Shown here: piece by piece, positions 31,074-45,000 of the stretch
Numbering within the stretch: the stretch's first letter is position 1
How the letters are laid out: every line of letters begins with the position of its first letter
Source of the DNA: Lingula anatina
Taxonomy: Eukaryota > Animalia > Brachiopoda
DNA length: 64,000 nt
Direction of reading: 5' to 3'
Assembly (NCBI GenBank): GCA_051362555.1
Contig: CM120641.1
Span: forward strand, 1,302,001 to 1,366,000
Notes under the pieces: model-generated
The model's input: only the letters and a program-made list of their open reading frames with translations
Databases searched by the model: none
What the model was told of the DNA's origin: nothing
Translations under genes and position numbers: made by a program

Positions 31074-31500
31074 GTTGGCTGCCACTTGTAAGAGAACGAC
31101 AACGAGGCTCAGTGGACTAAGGGAGTTTTTGAGTTTTTTGTTATACTGTTTTTCCATCATTTATATCATACTCATTTTTACAGCTAATAACATATGAAAA
31201 TCACTTCGTTATGTAGTTTTTGAAATGTTTAATCCTTGTATCCTTGTATCCTAGTATCACATAGACTTGGGTGAGACAAGCTCAAGGATGGTTGTCGTTA
31301 TATTGGCTAGGGACTGGACAAAGTGTTATATTTAGATTTTCAGCGGTAAATATTATTGCGTAGAATATTGAGAATTTCAAAGTTTTATTTTAATGTATAA
31401 AGAAATAAATTACACACTGTTAATAAAAAGTTATATTGTACACCCATCAATTGCGACATTTACCATCAAAAAGTCGAAGGTCAGATGCAGTGCTTGCAAG
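31074..31500. promoter_or_regulatory. Bidirectional promoter region RPL3/NDUFB10, with a TOP/TCT-like RPL3 start
   Basis: The start codons are head-to-head, 427 bp apart. Minus strand TTCTCTT lies about 20 nt upstream of the RPL3 ATG. Confidence 0.55.
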
Positions 31501-33071
31501 ATGTCGGACGACGAGAAAGGCAAAGGACCAAAACGCAGTGGGCTACTTACTAGAGTAGATGGCTTTTTTGACATTATGACACGGCCAGCATATTGGGCAA
31601 AGGGTAAGTCTGAGTTGACATTAAACGAACTTCAAAAGCAAATTTTCTTTATCTGGCTGTGATCTCTCCGTCTTAAACTTATTAGTAATACATACTCATG
31701 ATACTGGTAAATGTTCAAATTAAGATCGCATTCACAACGAGTTGAGCCATAGTTTTACAAATCCTGGAGCTAAATATGGCGGACGTACATGAAAGAAAAA
31801 CCGCCTAATCTTTTAATAGTCTCTCCGCCTCTCACACGCCTCCCCATGCGTCGCCCCTGCGGGGGTACAGTCATTAAATCTCGGCTGCATTGGGACGACA
31901 CATGGGGAGGCGTGTGAGAAGCGGAGAGACTATTAAAAGATTAGGCGGTTTTTCTTTCATGTACGTCCGCCATATTTAGTTCCAGGATTTGTAAAGCCAT
32001 GATTGCAAAGATTGCAGCACCAACTCTTGTACTTAAAAATGTAAGTTCTTAAAAACTTTTTTTTATCACAATACTAGTAAGCCTGAGGCATGAAAGTGGA
32101 TGTTTGCACTTTTATTATTTACTAATTTACTTATGAAACTGCTGTGGTTTATTTATTTTTTAAATTGAAAATATTGCGAAAAGTATTACCTATTCTTACT
32201 TCAAACCTTTTTTGTCTTGTTTTTCAGCCAAGATGGATTCCATGCGGGAAAACCATAAAAATGTTTACTACCATAGAAAGTATAATCGGGTGCCAACAAT
32301 TGACCAGTGTCGTGTAGGAGATGAAATCTGCATGTATGAAGCCAACCAGCAGTTTAAAAGAGATTTGTAAGTTTTCAACTACTATGCTTAGAGAGTGGGG
32401 GTGCTTCTAACTGTAGGATTGTTTTAAAGAGTATAGAAACAAGGGCTGGCTAATACATATTAGTTTTAGCCCTGAAGCAGTATTAACAAGAAATTATTCA
32501 GGAGAGGCCATCCCTGGCAGTGTGATGACAATATTGCTGAAACTTTCAAGAAAAATATTTTTCAATCCTGTAACCATTTGTCCCCGTGCTTGATTTTAAC
32601 TTTAAATTTGTATATTTATACCAGTCTTGCCTTTTTGTAAATTAAATTGCCAAGAGAAATGAATTGAAAAAAATTGCACTCTCTTTCAGCCTTGTTGACA
32701 AGGAGAAGATGACCCTTCTCAGAAGACGTGTTAAACAATGTGCTATTAACAATGAATTCAAGGAGGAAGTGATGTTATTCGAGTCATGCAAGGAAATAGA
32801 AGACTTGTATAAAAATGCACTGTTGGCATATTCTATCAAGTGTAAGTTTTCATCTGACATTAAATATCCCATTTTTAAAATAAATTAAAATACAATATAT
32901 TACACTCATCTTCTGGCAAGGTGCTGTTTTTATCAACAGAAACTGTGTCATCACTTGTGTCTGCGCTCTACATTTTCACCGGAAACGAAAAACGAAATAA
33001 ATGAGAAACGGTGTGACTCAATTCTCAAACTTTGTGGATAGAGTTATGGCATAAGATCACTTGTTTAATTG

Positions 33072-33115
<44 letters not shown>

Positions 33116-33120
33116 TTTTT

Positions 33121-33161
<41 letters not shown>

Positions 33162-34745
33162 TAGAACCAGTTTTCATTCTGGCATTTTTAAGATGTGAAT
33201 TCCAACCTGTTCGACAATTTCCCCCAAAGTATATATAAGTACAAAAGTAAAGTACAGAGTAAATAGTTCAAATCTTTCATTCATTGTATGACTATGGCTC
33301 TATTCCCATAGATTTTAGATTGATCTATCCCCGCGGGGAGTCTCACTAGATTACTTTCAGATAATCCGACTTAAATGTCTGTCCCGCCTACTACAAGCTG
33401 TAAGGGGGTAATTAACTTTCGTGTCTGCCCGGCTGACAGCTATTTAGCGTGAACCCCCAGGGAGTTAGGTCGATCTAAAGTAGGTCGATCTAATCTATGG
33501 AAATGGGGTGTATTTCTTAGTGTGATGATGGAACCCAAGGATAGAGAATTTTAATATCAGAAAACAAATTATTTTCATAGAGTACAAGTACAGAAAATTT
33601 TATGAAAACTCTAATCAAAGTATATTCTAGGTAAAGTGTGGTTAAACAAATGATATCACACATCCAGGTAACCCGTTGGTGAATTGACTGTTACTTTTAA
33701 CTGCTTCATTATCCCCCCATTGATTAAGTAAGCCTTGAATCAAGGTGCCTCTCTAGGGAATGGTTGGGTGAACAGATTTTGTCACTTATACAGGTATCCC
33801 TTTGATTACCTGTCACTATTAATAGCTTGACTACTATCCACCTACCCACTACACTTAAAATGTTCATTAAATATGTTTACCTGTTCATCTGTTTACCCCA
33901 CCTTTACCTGGAGAATGGGTGGTTATACTTTGATTAGATATTTAATAATACTTTCTCAACTTGTACTCAATGAAAAAGGAATTTGTTTAAAAAATTTGTT
34001 CAATGATGAAGTTGTATTATCACACTAAATATAGATAAAATGGATGAAATATTTTGAACTTTAATCTCCTTAATACTTTATATTCGTATATAAATATATA
34101 TTCCTTTGGGGGGGGGGGGGATTGTCCTAGAATCCACTGGTACATAATAACAAAACTGATGGCGATTGTGCTATGAAGCATAATGTGATAAATCACATGA
34201 ATGGTGATTTCCTATATGTGTTATCAAGGACAGAGGATCAAAATGTAGTCTGTGATTTAGACTGGGTTCCCATGCCTAGATCGTTCTAATTGGATTGACT
34301 CATCTCCAGGGGGTTTCTTGTTAAATTGCTTTTAGCTTAAATGGCTTATAATGTGTCAGGCACAGCTACTGAACCTGCTAAACGATAGTTAATTACCCTC
34401 TTACAGCTTCATTGGGCATGCAAGCAATTGTTAGCAATTTAGTGAGAACCACCTTGGAGATAGATCATTTCAAAGTTAGTATGATTGTCTCTGGGAATGG
34501 TCTCTTAGATTTAAATCAAGAATAACTCCAGTTAACTGTATACATTTAGCCTGAAAGAATCAGTTACTGATTATTTTTGATAATGATATATTTCATTTCA
34601 TTTTGGTCTAACAATTCACATCTAAATGCTTTCAGATGGAGAATTGGGCGCATATCCCACGGCCAAGTCCTGTTATATGAAGCAAAAACATCGTATGATA
34701 TGGGAAAGACGTCATGGCAAGACAATTACTGCTCCTGAACGTTAG
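31501..34745 (+). CDS. NDUFB10: NADH:ubiquinone oxidoreductase subunit B10 (PDSW), 4 exons
   Basis: Exons 31501-31603, 32228-32366, 32690-32841, 34636-34745. Motifs YYHRKYNRVPTIDQCRVGDEICMYEANQQFKRD, LVDKE and KYGELGAYPTAKSCYMKQKHRMIWERR. Confidence 0.9.
31754..31995. mobile_element. Fold-back element / MITE with ~100-bp near-perfect inverted arms in NDUFB10 intron 1
   Basis: TTTACAAATCCTGGAGCTAAATATGGCGGACGTAC...CCCCATG is mirrored by CATGGGG...GTACGTCCGCCATATTTAGTTCCAGGATTTGTAAA. Confidence 0.8.
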
Positions 34746-37447
34746 GCCTACTAACATTTGTTATTTCTAAGTGTTGATAAAACCTACCTTCAGCAGCACT
34801 GACGTGTTACCAAAATGCACATCCAGTTATGGATTTATTAAGGGATAATAAAAGAACTGAATTATGGCATCCTGGTCCAATTTCAGAAGTAGCAGGTATT
34901 GGAAAATGTTAACTTTGGCACAACGTAAAAAAATTTCGTGTCCTGATAAGTTTGTTGATTGACATTGCTGGGGAGTTTCTGAAGTTATCTTAGGTACAAT
35001 AGATGTTTTGCACTAAAGTGGGTTGAGCAGTTTCCAGTTGCATTTATATCTGTAAGGGTGTGACTTAGATTACTTGTTACGTCTTTTTCGTTACAATAAA
35101 CATGAAATACTTTTCTAATGTGTGATACGTATTACTTAACATTTTTAAATGTTCATTAAAATTGCCAAAGGAAAGTTATGGATTATGTATGTAAAACTCA
35201 ACTGGCATGAAGAACAATTTCGTATTAGTTACAAGTTTTATTGATATTAATCACTTTACTTTGACATGAAAATTGTACGAATCACAGCTGTTTCACAATT
35301 TTCTGTTACAAAGTAATGAGTAATATCACTAAAGCAGTGACTAAATTTACACTTCCCTAGAACCATGAACAATCTCACTGAGAACAGTTAAATACATTTA
35401 ATTTTATTGGACAAAGGTAGAAAATCAAATTCCATACAAAAGAAGTTTGTACAAATATAGTTACATTAACATAGATGGGTATAAGATATACTTCAGCAAT
35501 TTTGTGGGTTGTATTTGGCATAGTCGATTTCATGATCTAAGAAAAAAAACTTCAAAAAGAAAAGAATTGAAATAGTAAATATAAATGATAGCAGGTCCAC
35601 TTTGACACAGAAGCTTGAATCAAATCAGCAGTAAGTTTTCTTGTACACAAATGACACAAAAAGTTCACTAAATCTGCCAGATACATCAAAACAGGTCTGA
35701 TACGCTTACACAACAGTCAACACCATATCTGATGTTAATTATATTTCAAATCAACACGTTCTGCAGTAAAGCTCTACTCACAGTGTATGAATGTGCAAGA
35801 TCGAAGGTCTGAATTGCAGTCTTCCTCTGCACCACTGATTACATGCAAGCATACAACCAAGGTAACTGTTTATTGTTACAGTTTTTTTTTTTTTTTATTT
35901 ATTTACTACTCTACAGTAAACCTGAGATTGTATTGATGTCTATCGCATTGAACGGGGGTAAAAAAAAAAATTACACTAAATCACAGATCAAAAGGCAGAA
36001 AAAAACTTCCTATTACAGAGAAAAGTAAATATCCCTAATAGATGCCCCCAGGACTTTGCATCAGTGATTGTTAACCTAAATAAAAATGATACAAAAAATT
36101 GCGCACTGAATGGCAGCAAAGAAACATACTTTCTTTTTGTTAGTTGACGAATCCAAAAGCTATATTCAGCAATCTAAGTGGACAATGCATGACATCACCA
36201 AAGGAACTTGAAAAAATTTCTTGTAATTCTTTAAACATTGCTTGCATAATGCTAAATGTCTCCTAGAAAAGAAAAGTCAATGTCTCATTTCTAAAACAAT
36301 CAAATTGACATTTACGATGAGTTTATCCAAATGTGATCTATCTGAAAACTAAACAAATCAATTCACAGAAGATGAATAGAGTAACCAAAGCTGTTCCCAT
36401 CAAAGTTACAGTTTGTGTACCAGTCCAATTTAGCTAGAGGCCATATTAAGACTGGTATGTTGGGACTAATTAACTGGAGAAAAAGAGTTCTCATCCCATC
36501 TGACAGAAGATTGGACTATTATAGCTATTGCCTTTTGTAGTGTGTAATCCTATTTCTAAAAGTAACAAAAATCTACATAAGCTTCTTTGCCCCTTCCGAA
36601 ACACTGCAAGCAAACCCTAACAACTTTTCCTTGAAACATATGGTAACCCTATGGAGATAATAGTTTATAAGCTGAGCACCAAATTGGCAATAGCCAATGA
36701 AGCTTGCTATTTATCTTGATTTGTAAGAACAAAATTGAAAACAACTGTGAAAATATCTTATAAATAATCTGCACTTATCTGTGTAATTTCTGTTACAAAA
36801 CAATTTTAGGTGCACCTTGCTGGAGCACCAATCTTAGATTGATACAAATATATATAATTTTATACATCTATGAATTTTGAAAAACTGGACTCCAGTCCAT
36901 TGCCTGGTCCCATCATGATAAAAGAACCTAGGATGAAAGTCACATGTCTAGTGGTGGTTTGTCACCAATTTCTGCTCATCATGGCAACACAGCCTGTCAA
37001 TGAAAGATAACATGGCCAACATGAAAACTTCTACACCAACACCACAAAGCTGTTAGCTATTCAACTGAGAACAGTTGGAGTTAAGCCCATAGACTTTGAC
37101 CCAGGGCTAACTCAACTAAGATTTCTAATTTCAAGATTCAAGATTCATTACAGGCGTATTTTCTTCTGCGAAATAGAGCCTTAACAGATTAACATAGTTA
37201 CTTTGGTTACAATACAGAGTTGTTAACAATAAATTAGCTCATTTGGCAATGATAAAAATAGCTCTAGTACTCTCATAAAACATCATTTATCTCATTAATC
37301 AAAATCTTACCAAAACACTTACTTAACAAGACGTTCATATCGATCTGACAAAGGGTAGTCTAAGGAAGCTATATGCTTAAAATACACCGATATGTTCTGC
37401 AACATTGTTAACAAATGATAATAAGGTCTTAATTTAAACCCCCTTTA

Positions 37448-40400
37448 CTACGATTGTGTTCTTCCAATCTTCACTTCCATATTTTCACAGAACTTGGGAG
37501 TAAAAGGAATACAGTTAAAGTAAGAACAGTGAGGGCATTCATAAATGGGAACGACGTAAAACAGAATAAACAATACTACAATAAAAGCTATAACAGTCAC
37601 AACGGACAACACTATTCCTATAATTTTCCTCTTTTTGTCCCAGTCCCCGAAAGTCACATAAGGAAGCAGGGCAAATGAGAGCAGGAAGCCCGTAAAGAAA
37701 CCGACTAAATGGGCGTAGTTGTCTATCCAGGGCAGCAGGCCCAGGATAAAGAGGGCCAGGATGACGCCACCTTGTTTCAAGAGGGCTTTCCAGGGGGTCT
37801 CGATCAGCTGCCAACTCTGGAGGACTTCCACAAACAAACAGGACAGGATGCCAAACTGGGAACCCGCAGGACCAGCCTAAAACGAGATTTGACAGGTGCT
37901 TTTAAAACTGTAAAACTGATTTTTTGCACAACACTGCATTGAGACGAAATAAGGATTAAGTAGTCTTTCAAAAACAAACAAAAAATCTGCTTCAAGATAA
38001 CATTACAATAAGCTGTCAATGTACAAAATTAAAAAGTTGTGAGTTTCACACAAACCAATGTCAAATAAACATTTATTTTGTCCAACCTCAGCAAAATATA
38101 CGTTTATTACTCATTTAATACATACCTCCACCTGATATGGTAGAAATATGGCGCTGGCCAAGTTACCAGCTATCCCAGATACAATGTATATAATGGAGAC
38201 CCTGATCCACCCTGCTAATTTCTCCACATCACGCATAATCAGCATTTGAAAGATTATAGAGATCACCAAATGGAAGAGACTGAAATGATAAAAATCCAAT
38301 GATTCAGGTTATTCCCTTTCACAAGTTCCCTTCCCATCGTTTGGACAATCAAATTTAATCTACTTAACTGGCCATGTCAAGCATTACAGCCAGGCTACTA
38401 AATTGACAATCAATTGTTTAAAATGGTGCGGTGAAAACTGAGAAGAACTGTGAAAATTGAGTGTTGTTCACATACCCTGCGTGTAGGAAGAGACTGGTCC
38501 AGAGGCGGTAGAACTGGTCCGGGTACTGGGGGTCCAAAAACTGGATCATGCCACAGATCTGGTTCATACAATTCACCTGAAAGTGAAACATTCTAATAAG
38601 GAAGGTTCCAGGACAATTTTTTATTGTTATTTAAGGTGGATAGGGGGTAAATTAAAAAGTATTTTATCAAAATAATACATTTTTGTCACTATTTGTTAAA
38701 TTCTGATTTTGACACACTCTAGATATAAAAGGTAAAAGCAGTGACTCCTTTAGACTGAATTGTAATTTTTGTCGTAATTACATGATTTACAAAGATTTTT
38801 AAATATCTCAACACTTCAGTTACATCTAACTTCACCAAATCACAAAATAAACCTCATCCGGGATTCATCACATTTCCTACCTGTGAACAAAGTGCAGCCT
38901 CTTTGTGGTAATATCCCTTCCTGAACGCACAGTGCTCTGGGGTGGTGATGATACACTCTCCTTGGATCCCAATACAACATGGCCGCCCACGTATTTCGCA
39001 AGTCATGTGTGGGTGGAAAAGACTTACTTCTGATTCATTGCCATGTGTTAGATTTTGTTCAGTTCTGACACATAACTACAAAAATAAATGAAATATTTCA
39101 AAGATATGAAAATATCAAACAACCTTTCCATGATATATGAGTTTTCCACTATCTTTTCTCAAACAAATTCCAATATTGCGTTTTTAACAAACAATGACAT
39201 ATTACTATATGTAATATCAAACATTATCAAAAATATTAAGTTGAGAAATAAAATTCACCCAAACCTAACAGCAGTGTCCATACATATTAAAGGCACAAAG
39301 TCAATATAAAGAACCTCCCATTACTTGATGGCGTGACAACTTACTGGCCATTTTGTGATATCATCAGGCCACACGTACGGCTCAGTAGACGCTGGAGTCA
39401 GGCAAAACCTGGAAATAAATCGAGGTGAAGAATTGAAAGCAGTCTTTACATTCTAAATCAATTTAAGGAGTGAATCATAGAACTTCTTTCTAATAATTAT
39501 ACTGCAGTTTTGATAATTTCATTCCCCAAATGTCTGATGTAAGCGAATGGTGATAGTTTCCTTGTTTTCTTATCGTTTATCCTAGACCCTTAAATACAAG
39601 GTCAAGGACCAATAAAAAATGTAACTTCATTGTGGAAGCATTTACTATAACAGATAACAAAAGGAAAGTAATTCTAACAAAACTCACTCTGGATCCTGGC
39701 CACAGACGGAGCCATTTGTGCGGTTGTTGAAGCCTAATCTTCCGTCTTCACCCCACTTCCACCATGTTGACAAATACGGCTGAAATAAACCAGAGATACA
39801 CAAATGATAAATTCTGAAATACTGAGCCAACAGCTGGGTCTTTTTATGAATAAATGTTACAGAAATTGTGAAGGTCTCTAGTCTGCTCTCCAGCCAAAAT
39901 CGACAAAAATAAATTACAATCATTTGATCTTTGCAACATTAAGCATTGTCCCATCCTGACATTCTCAGACATCAAAATCCTTCGCAGCAAAAACATGCAT
40001 CTTCAATCCAAATTTCAAGGCCTAAATTTATCACTGATCTTCATTCATCAATTCCCCCCCCCCCCCCCCCCCCAAAAAAAAAAAAGACTTACAGAACAAG
40101 TCCGGCGAGGTTTCTGCACACATCCATCTTCTCTCGCATTTCTAATACAGCATGCTGTTTCCCGTTCTCTACTTTTATCCGTTTCTAGTGCAGCAATCAC
40201 ATTCCTGTCGCGACGCATACAGGGAGAATACTTAGCGCCAAGATGAATCAGATCAGCCTGGAAGGTGACCAAAGTTGAGTGTAACTGGCATCTAAATAGT
40301 TCATCTAATATAAAAATATGAAAACACCAAAGCTTTCGGCTTTCTGCTCCTTTATCAGGGACCTGTAAAGTGGTCATGGTGAATTTGTTAGTTATGTGTC

Positions 40401-41091
40401 GGAGGTTCTTGTTATTAATGTGTCAGATGTTAAAGCTTGTTACTGATAATGACTGATGTTCACATTTGTTTACAAAGAAGAAAAGAAAAATGAAAAAAGT
40501 TTGTCTGTGTAGCTACCTTTTTTCACTGACAACATGCTGAATAAAAAATGCACAAACTTGTCTACATTTAATACCTATAAGCTTTCCTTTTTTTCAGTGT
40601 TTGTATATAACTCATAAACAATGACAAATTCCACAATAAAAATATGGTTCTGTAATACAGATCTAATTTCATTACTCAAATATTGTAAAATAAACCCTTG
40701 TTAGAGGTTCTTCTCACTTACTTGTCTAGGTCCTATCCACATGTTGTCTTTCTCATAGTATGCAACTTTCTCTAAGGCTAAATTGGATGTCAGTACCTAA
40801 AAAAAGGCAAAGCATATTTTTCTAAGATAGGAAATCACAAAATCTGAAAACAATAAAGTGCACCATTTTTAGATAAACTTGACTATTTGTGCACCAGCTT
40901 TATATTATGTACAGCAGGTCACCTTGTTGACAATTAAGAGAAAAATAATAAGCCTCACCACATCTGATATGAGAGTGTCAGAGAATCCTACAGGTGCTAT
41001 ACCATACACAGACACAGACACTATGTACACTGCTATCTGCACAAATGTCACCCAGAATGTGAAGAACGGCCTGAAATTAAGGATGATACAG

Positions 41092-41167
<76 letters not shown>

Positions 41168-41227
41168 AGATAAGAAATAAAATTCACCCAAACCTAACAG
41201 CAGTGTCCATACATATTCAACACAAAG

Positions 41228-41304
<77 letters not shown>

Positions 41305-42001
41305 GTGAACAGAATGCCAAGAAACAGTCCCACAAGTGACTAAATACATCATATTTTAGGTCTTTGAAGAATAGTGATACTTCAATAGTGTCTTTAATTA
41401 ACTTTATTTCATGTTATATGCACAAATATAAGATGTGTGTATTGTACATCTAAATAAAAAAAAACAGTGGACTAATTAAAGGAATTTTTTATAAACATCA
41501 ATCACTATTTAAGTTTTTGTAATAAATAAAATCATAAAAAAATTCCCACTTATAAAATACATAAACTAAAATTACCTATGATCATGCATTTTATCTATTT
41601 GTTCCCTGACGTCTTCATCCACTCCACCTCTCTTGAAGCTACGCTTGAAAATGCGTCCAATGATCCCCATTCCCACACGCCTGCGATCAGAGTTATCCAA
41701 GGCTCTCTCCATAACCCCACCCACAATCCTCCGCATGCCAACGCCACTGAGGGGGTGGACGGCAACCGCTGCTGTCCCTGGGGTGGAGGGTAGACCCTGG
41801 CGGGGATGATGACCAGCATGCCACTGACCTGGACTGCAATTATTTTTAAAATATTTCATCAGTGTTTTTCTAGTTCAAGAAAAATATGCAGTGTGTCAAA
41901 ATAAGAATGGAAAAATGTTGTTCTTTAAGTTAATTTATAGTTCAGTGACAATGAAATGCAACTTGTTTTAATTACTTTTTTACTGTTTACTAATGATGAG
42001 G

Positions 42002-42032
<31 letters not shown>

Positions 42033-45000
42033 TTTTTTGACAGCTGGCATGAATTTTGAAACATGTATGTGCATATATTAGTTGTATATAGTTATACACT
42101 GTTTAACCACAACCTGGCATATCTGATACCCCATCTCTTATACCTCTTATATTTGCAAAGAAAAAGTCTGAGCGATGCCAATGCAGAACTAGAGGATCAG
42201 AGAGGCGATACCGCCTCCGAATATTGTACCACCAGCTGGAGTAAGCGCATTCGTATGGAAACCCTCCCCCCCCCCCCCAAAAAAAAAGGGAAACCAGTCT
42301 TGTGCTTGAAAAGCTCTATAAAATGAAATCAACAAGAGTTCTCAAAATATGCAAAAATATATAACTAAAAATGGTACAATCAAGCAGATTTTCATATTGA
42401 CCTGCATTTTCCGACCATTGATCACTCATGTGATTCTCTAGACAAAAGGCCTATTGGTTTTCCTTGAAATGTGTTGTCAGTGGTGCATATATGCTGACAA
42501 AAGAGAAAACCTAGGGGCAACACCGTAAACATCTCTGCTAGCTTTGAAGATATGAGGGGCAAGAAAATATACAAAGCTCAGTTCATGGTGAAAAAGTAGG
42601 TCAAAGGTCAATTTCAATATCATTGTATATGAATTTCTACTCAAGTTCAATAGTAACCATGGGCATTTCTTTGCCAATTTTGCAGATTTAAAGGCCAGAA
42701 AAAATGCAAAAACCAGTTCATTATAAAAAGTAGGTCAAAGGCAATTTCAAGGTAACAGTATAAAACCAGTATAAAACTTCCTATTCAACTTCAATAGTAA
42801 CTATGGACCTATCTCTGCCAGTTACGGAGATAAAAGGGAACGGAAATTTGCAAAGTTCAGTTAATGGGGAAAAGTAGGTCAAAGGTCAATTTTAAGGTCA
42901 CAGTAAATTGCCTCTAATGACTTTCTATTCAAATTCAATAATAACCATGGGCGTATCTTTGCCAGTTTTGAAAGCATAAGCATTAAAAAAGTTGCAAAGT
43001 TCAGTTTATGGTGTAAAGTAGGTCAAAGGTCAATGTCAAGGTCACAGTAAGATTACCAGTATAAGACTTCCTATTCAAGTTCAATAGTAACTATGGACCT
43101 ATCTCTGCCAGTTTTGGAGATAAAAGGGAACCAAAATTTGAAAGTTCAATTCATGATGAAAAGTAGGTCAAAGGTCAATTTAAAGGTCACACTTAGATTG
43201 CCTGGATTTGACTTCCTATTCAAGTTCAATAGTAACTATGGACCTATCTCTGCCAGTTTTGGAGATAAAAGGGACTTAAACGTTGCAAAGTTCAGTTCAA
43301 AGTGAAAAGTAGGTCAAAGGTCAATTTCAAGGTCACAGTTTGATTGCCAGTATGTGACTTCCTATTCAACTTTAGCAGTAACTATAGACCTATCTCTGCC
43401 AGTTTTGGAGATATAAGGGACTAAATGTTTCAGTTTTGGAGTTACAATAATGTGCCATAAATTTTCTACAGAAAAAATTAATTAAAACAAAGATAAGGTC
43501 ATTTTGGTTGAAATTCTTGAAATGGGAGGAGCTCAGAAGTTCCAGATGTTCAAATATCATGAAATAATGTCATTTTTGACCAGAAAATGTCTGCCTCACC
43601 AAGCCTTATGTTTTATTTTCCCGGAGTTCAAAATTTGTTATCCATTACCGTATTGCACATTTTGCTTTCACCACCACAATGTACTTTTTGATACAGCATA
43701 ACTCGAAAACTGTATGGAATACAAAAAAACGGAGACCACCTCCAGTGTTGGGCTTTACATGCTCTACAAAATGCAAAAAAGAATGGGTCTCTAGCATTAA
43801 CGGTTCCCGAATTAGAGACAGTTTTCAGTTTCGTTATATTATGGCCGCTACTCCCAGGAAAATGCACTGGTTGACCCCAAATTCACAGAGATGAAAGATG
43901 ACCCGAAGGGTAGCACCTTCCAATAATATTATAGGTTAGGTCTGTGTAGTTTCTGAATATCAGCGCAAATAATTTTTTTTTTTGAAAAAAATTTCGTTTT
44001 TTTGAAAATTTTGGCTCGTTTGACCTTGAAATAAAGGTCAAAGGTCAAATCCAAGGGCATATTTGAAATCTCCACATATGACTTTCGGATAGCCGTCTGT
44101 AGAAATTTTTCCCATAATTCCTTCTGTAGGGTAGATAATTAGCATTTAATTTTGCCATTTTTGGACAAGGGTGCATTGCAATGAGTGCCACACCTAGACC
44201 CCAATTCCGACAAAGCCCAAATTTTACGTGGAACGAGTTGAGATTATAGGTGACCTAAATCCAAGAGATGGGTATGGAGGCCCTTACCGTCTAGGAGGAG
44301 AAGCGGTAACGGTGAGATGGCGGCGGAGCCAGAGGAGCCGGCGGAACATGCGGGTCGGGACTAAAACCAAGTGTACCGCCAGCGCCTACGCTGGTGGTAC
44401 AATAAATACATTTACAAATAATAGTTCAACATTTATACATATCTACATATCACTGCATGTACCAACTGTCAAACAACAATAAACAAGAAAGGTTTTAACT
44501 TCCTCTTACACAATTTTAGGAGTGGACCTTCCTACGTCCACCTCATCTCTGGCTTCAGGGACAGTCTCCAGTTCTGTCTTCTTCATAAAATCTGGGGCAG
44601 ACATGGAGAATGTGGGACTCTTGATGTCAAAGAATACGTCGTCTACCAAGGACATGTCTTCTTCTTCTATCACAGCTTCCTGGGGAGTCTAAACAGTAAT
44701 TTTTATCTCATTACTAATTGTACATTAAACCAAGGATTTGTATGATCACATTTTTTTTTCAAAATCCAAATGTGTTCAAATTTTATTGGTGCATTTCTAC
44801 AATCATGTAACTATCTGTAACAAGAAGTACTGGAAAACTGGAGGTGGTAAATTAGATGAGTTGTGTGCAAAAACATAAATACCATTTACAAGCAAAAATC
44901 ATATTATATTTCAGCACAATTTCAAAGAAATTTAAATGTTTTTCAAATAAACTACAACCACAAAAATGCAATACAATACACTGTGGTGCTAGTATTATTC

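Noticed and set aside
31462-31530. Alternative RPL3 exon 1 (ttgATG|GTAAAT at 31466) that would overlap NDUFB10 head-to-head
   Set aside because: The ATG|GTAGGT at 31073 has a better start context (gccaacATG) and a nearby pyrimidine initiator. The overlap model cannot be supported without TSS data.
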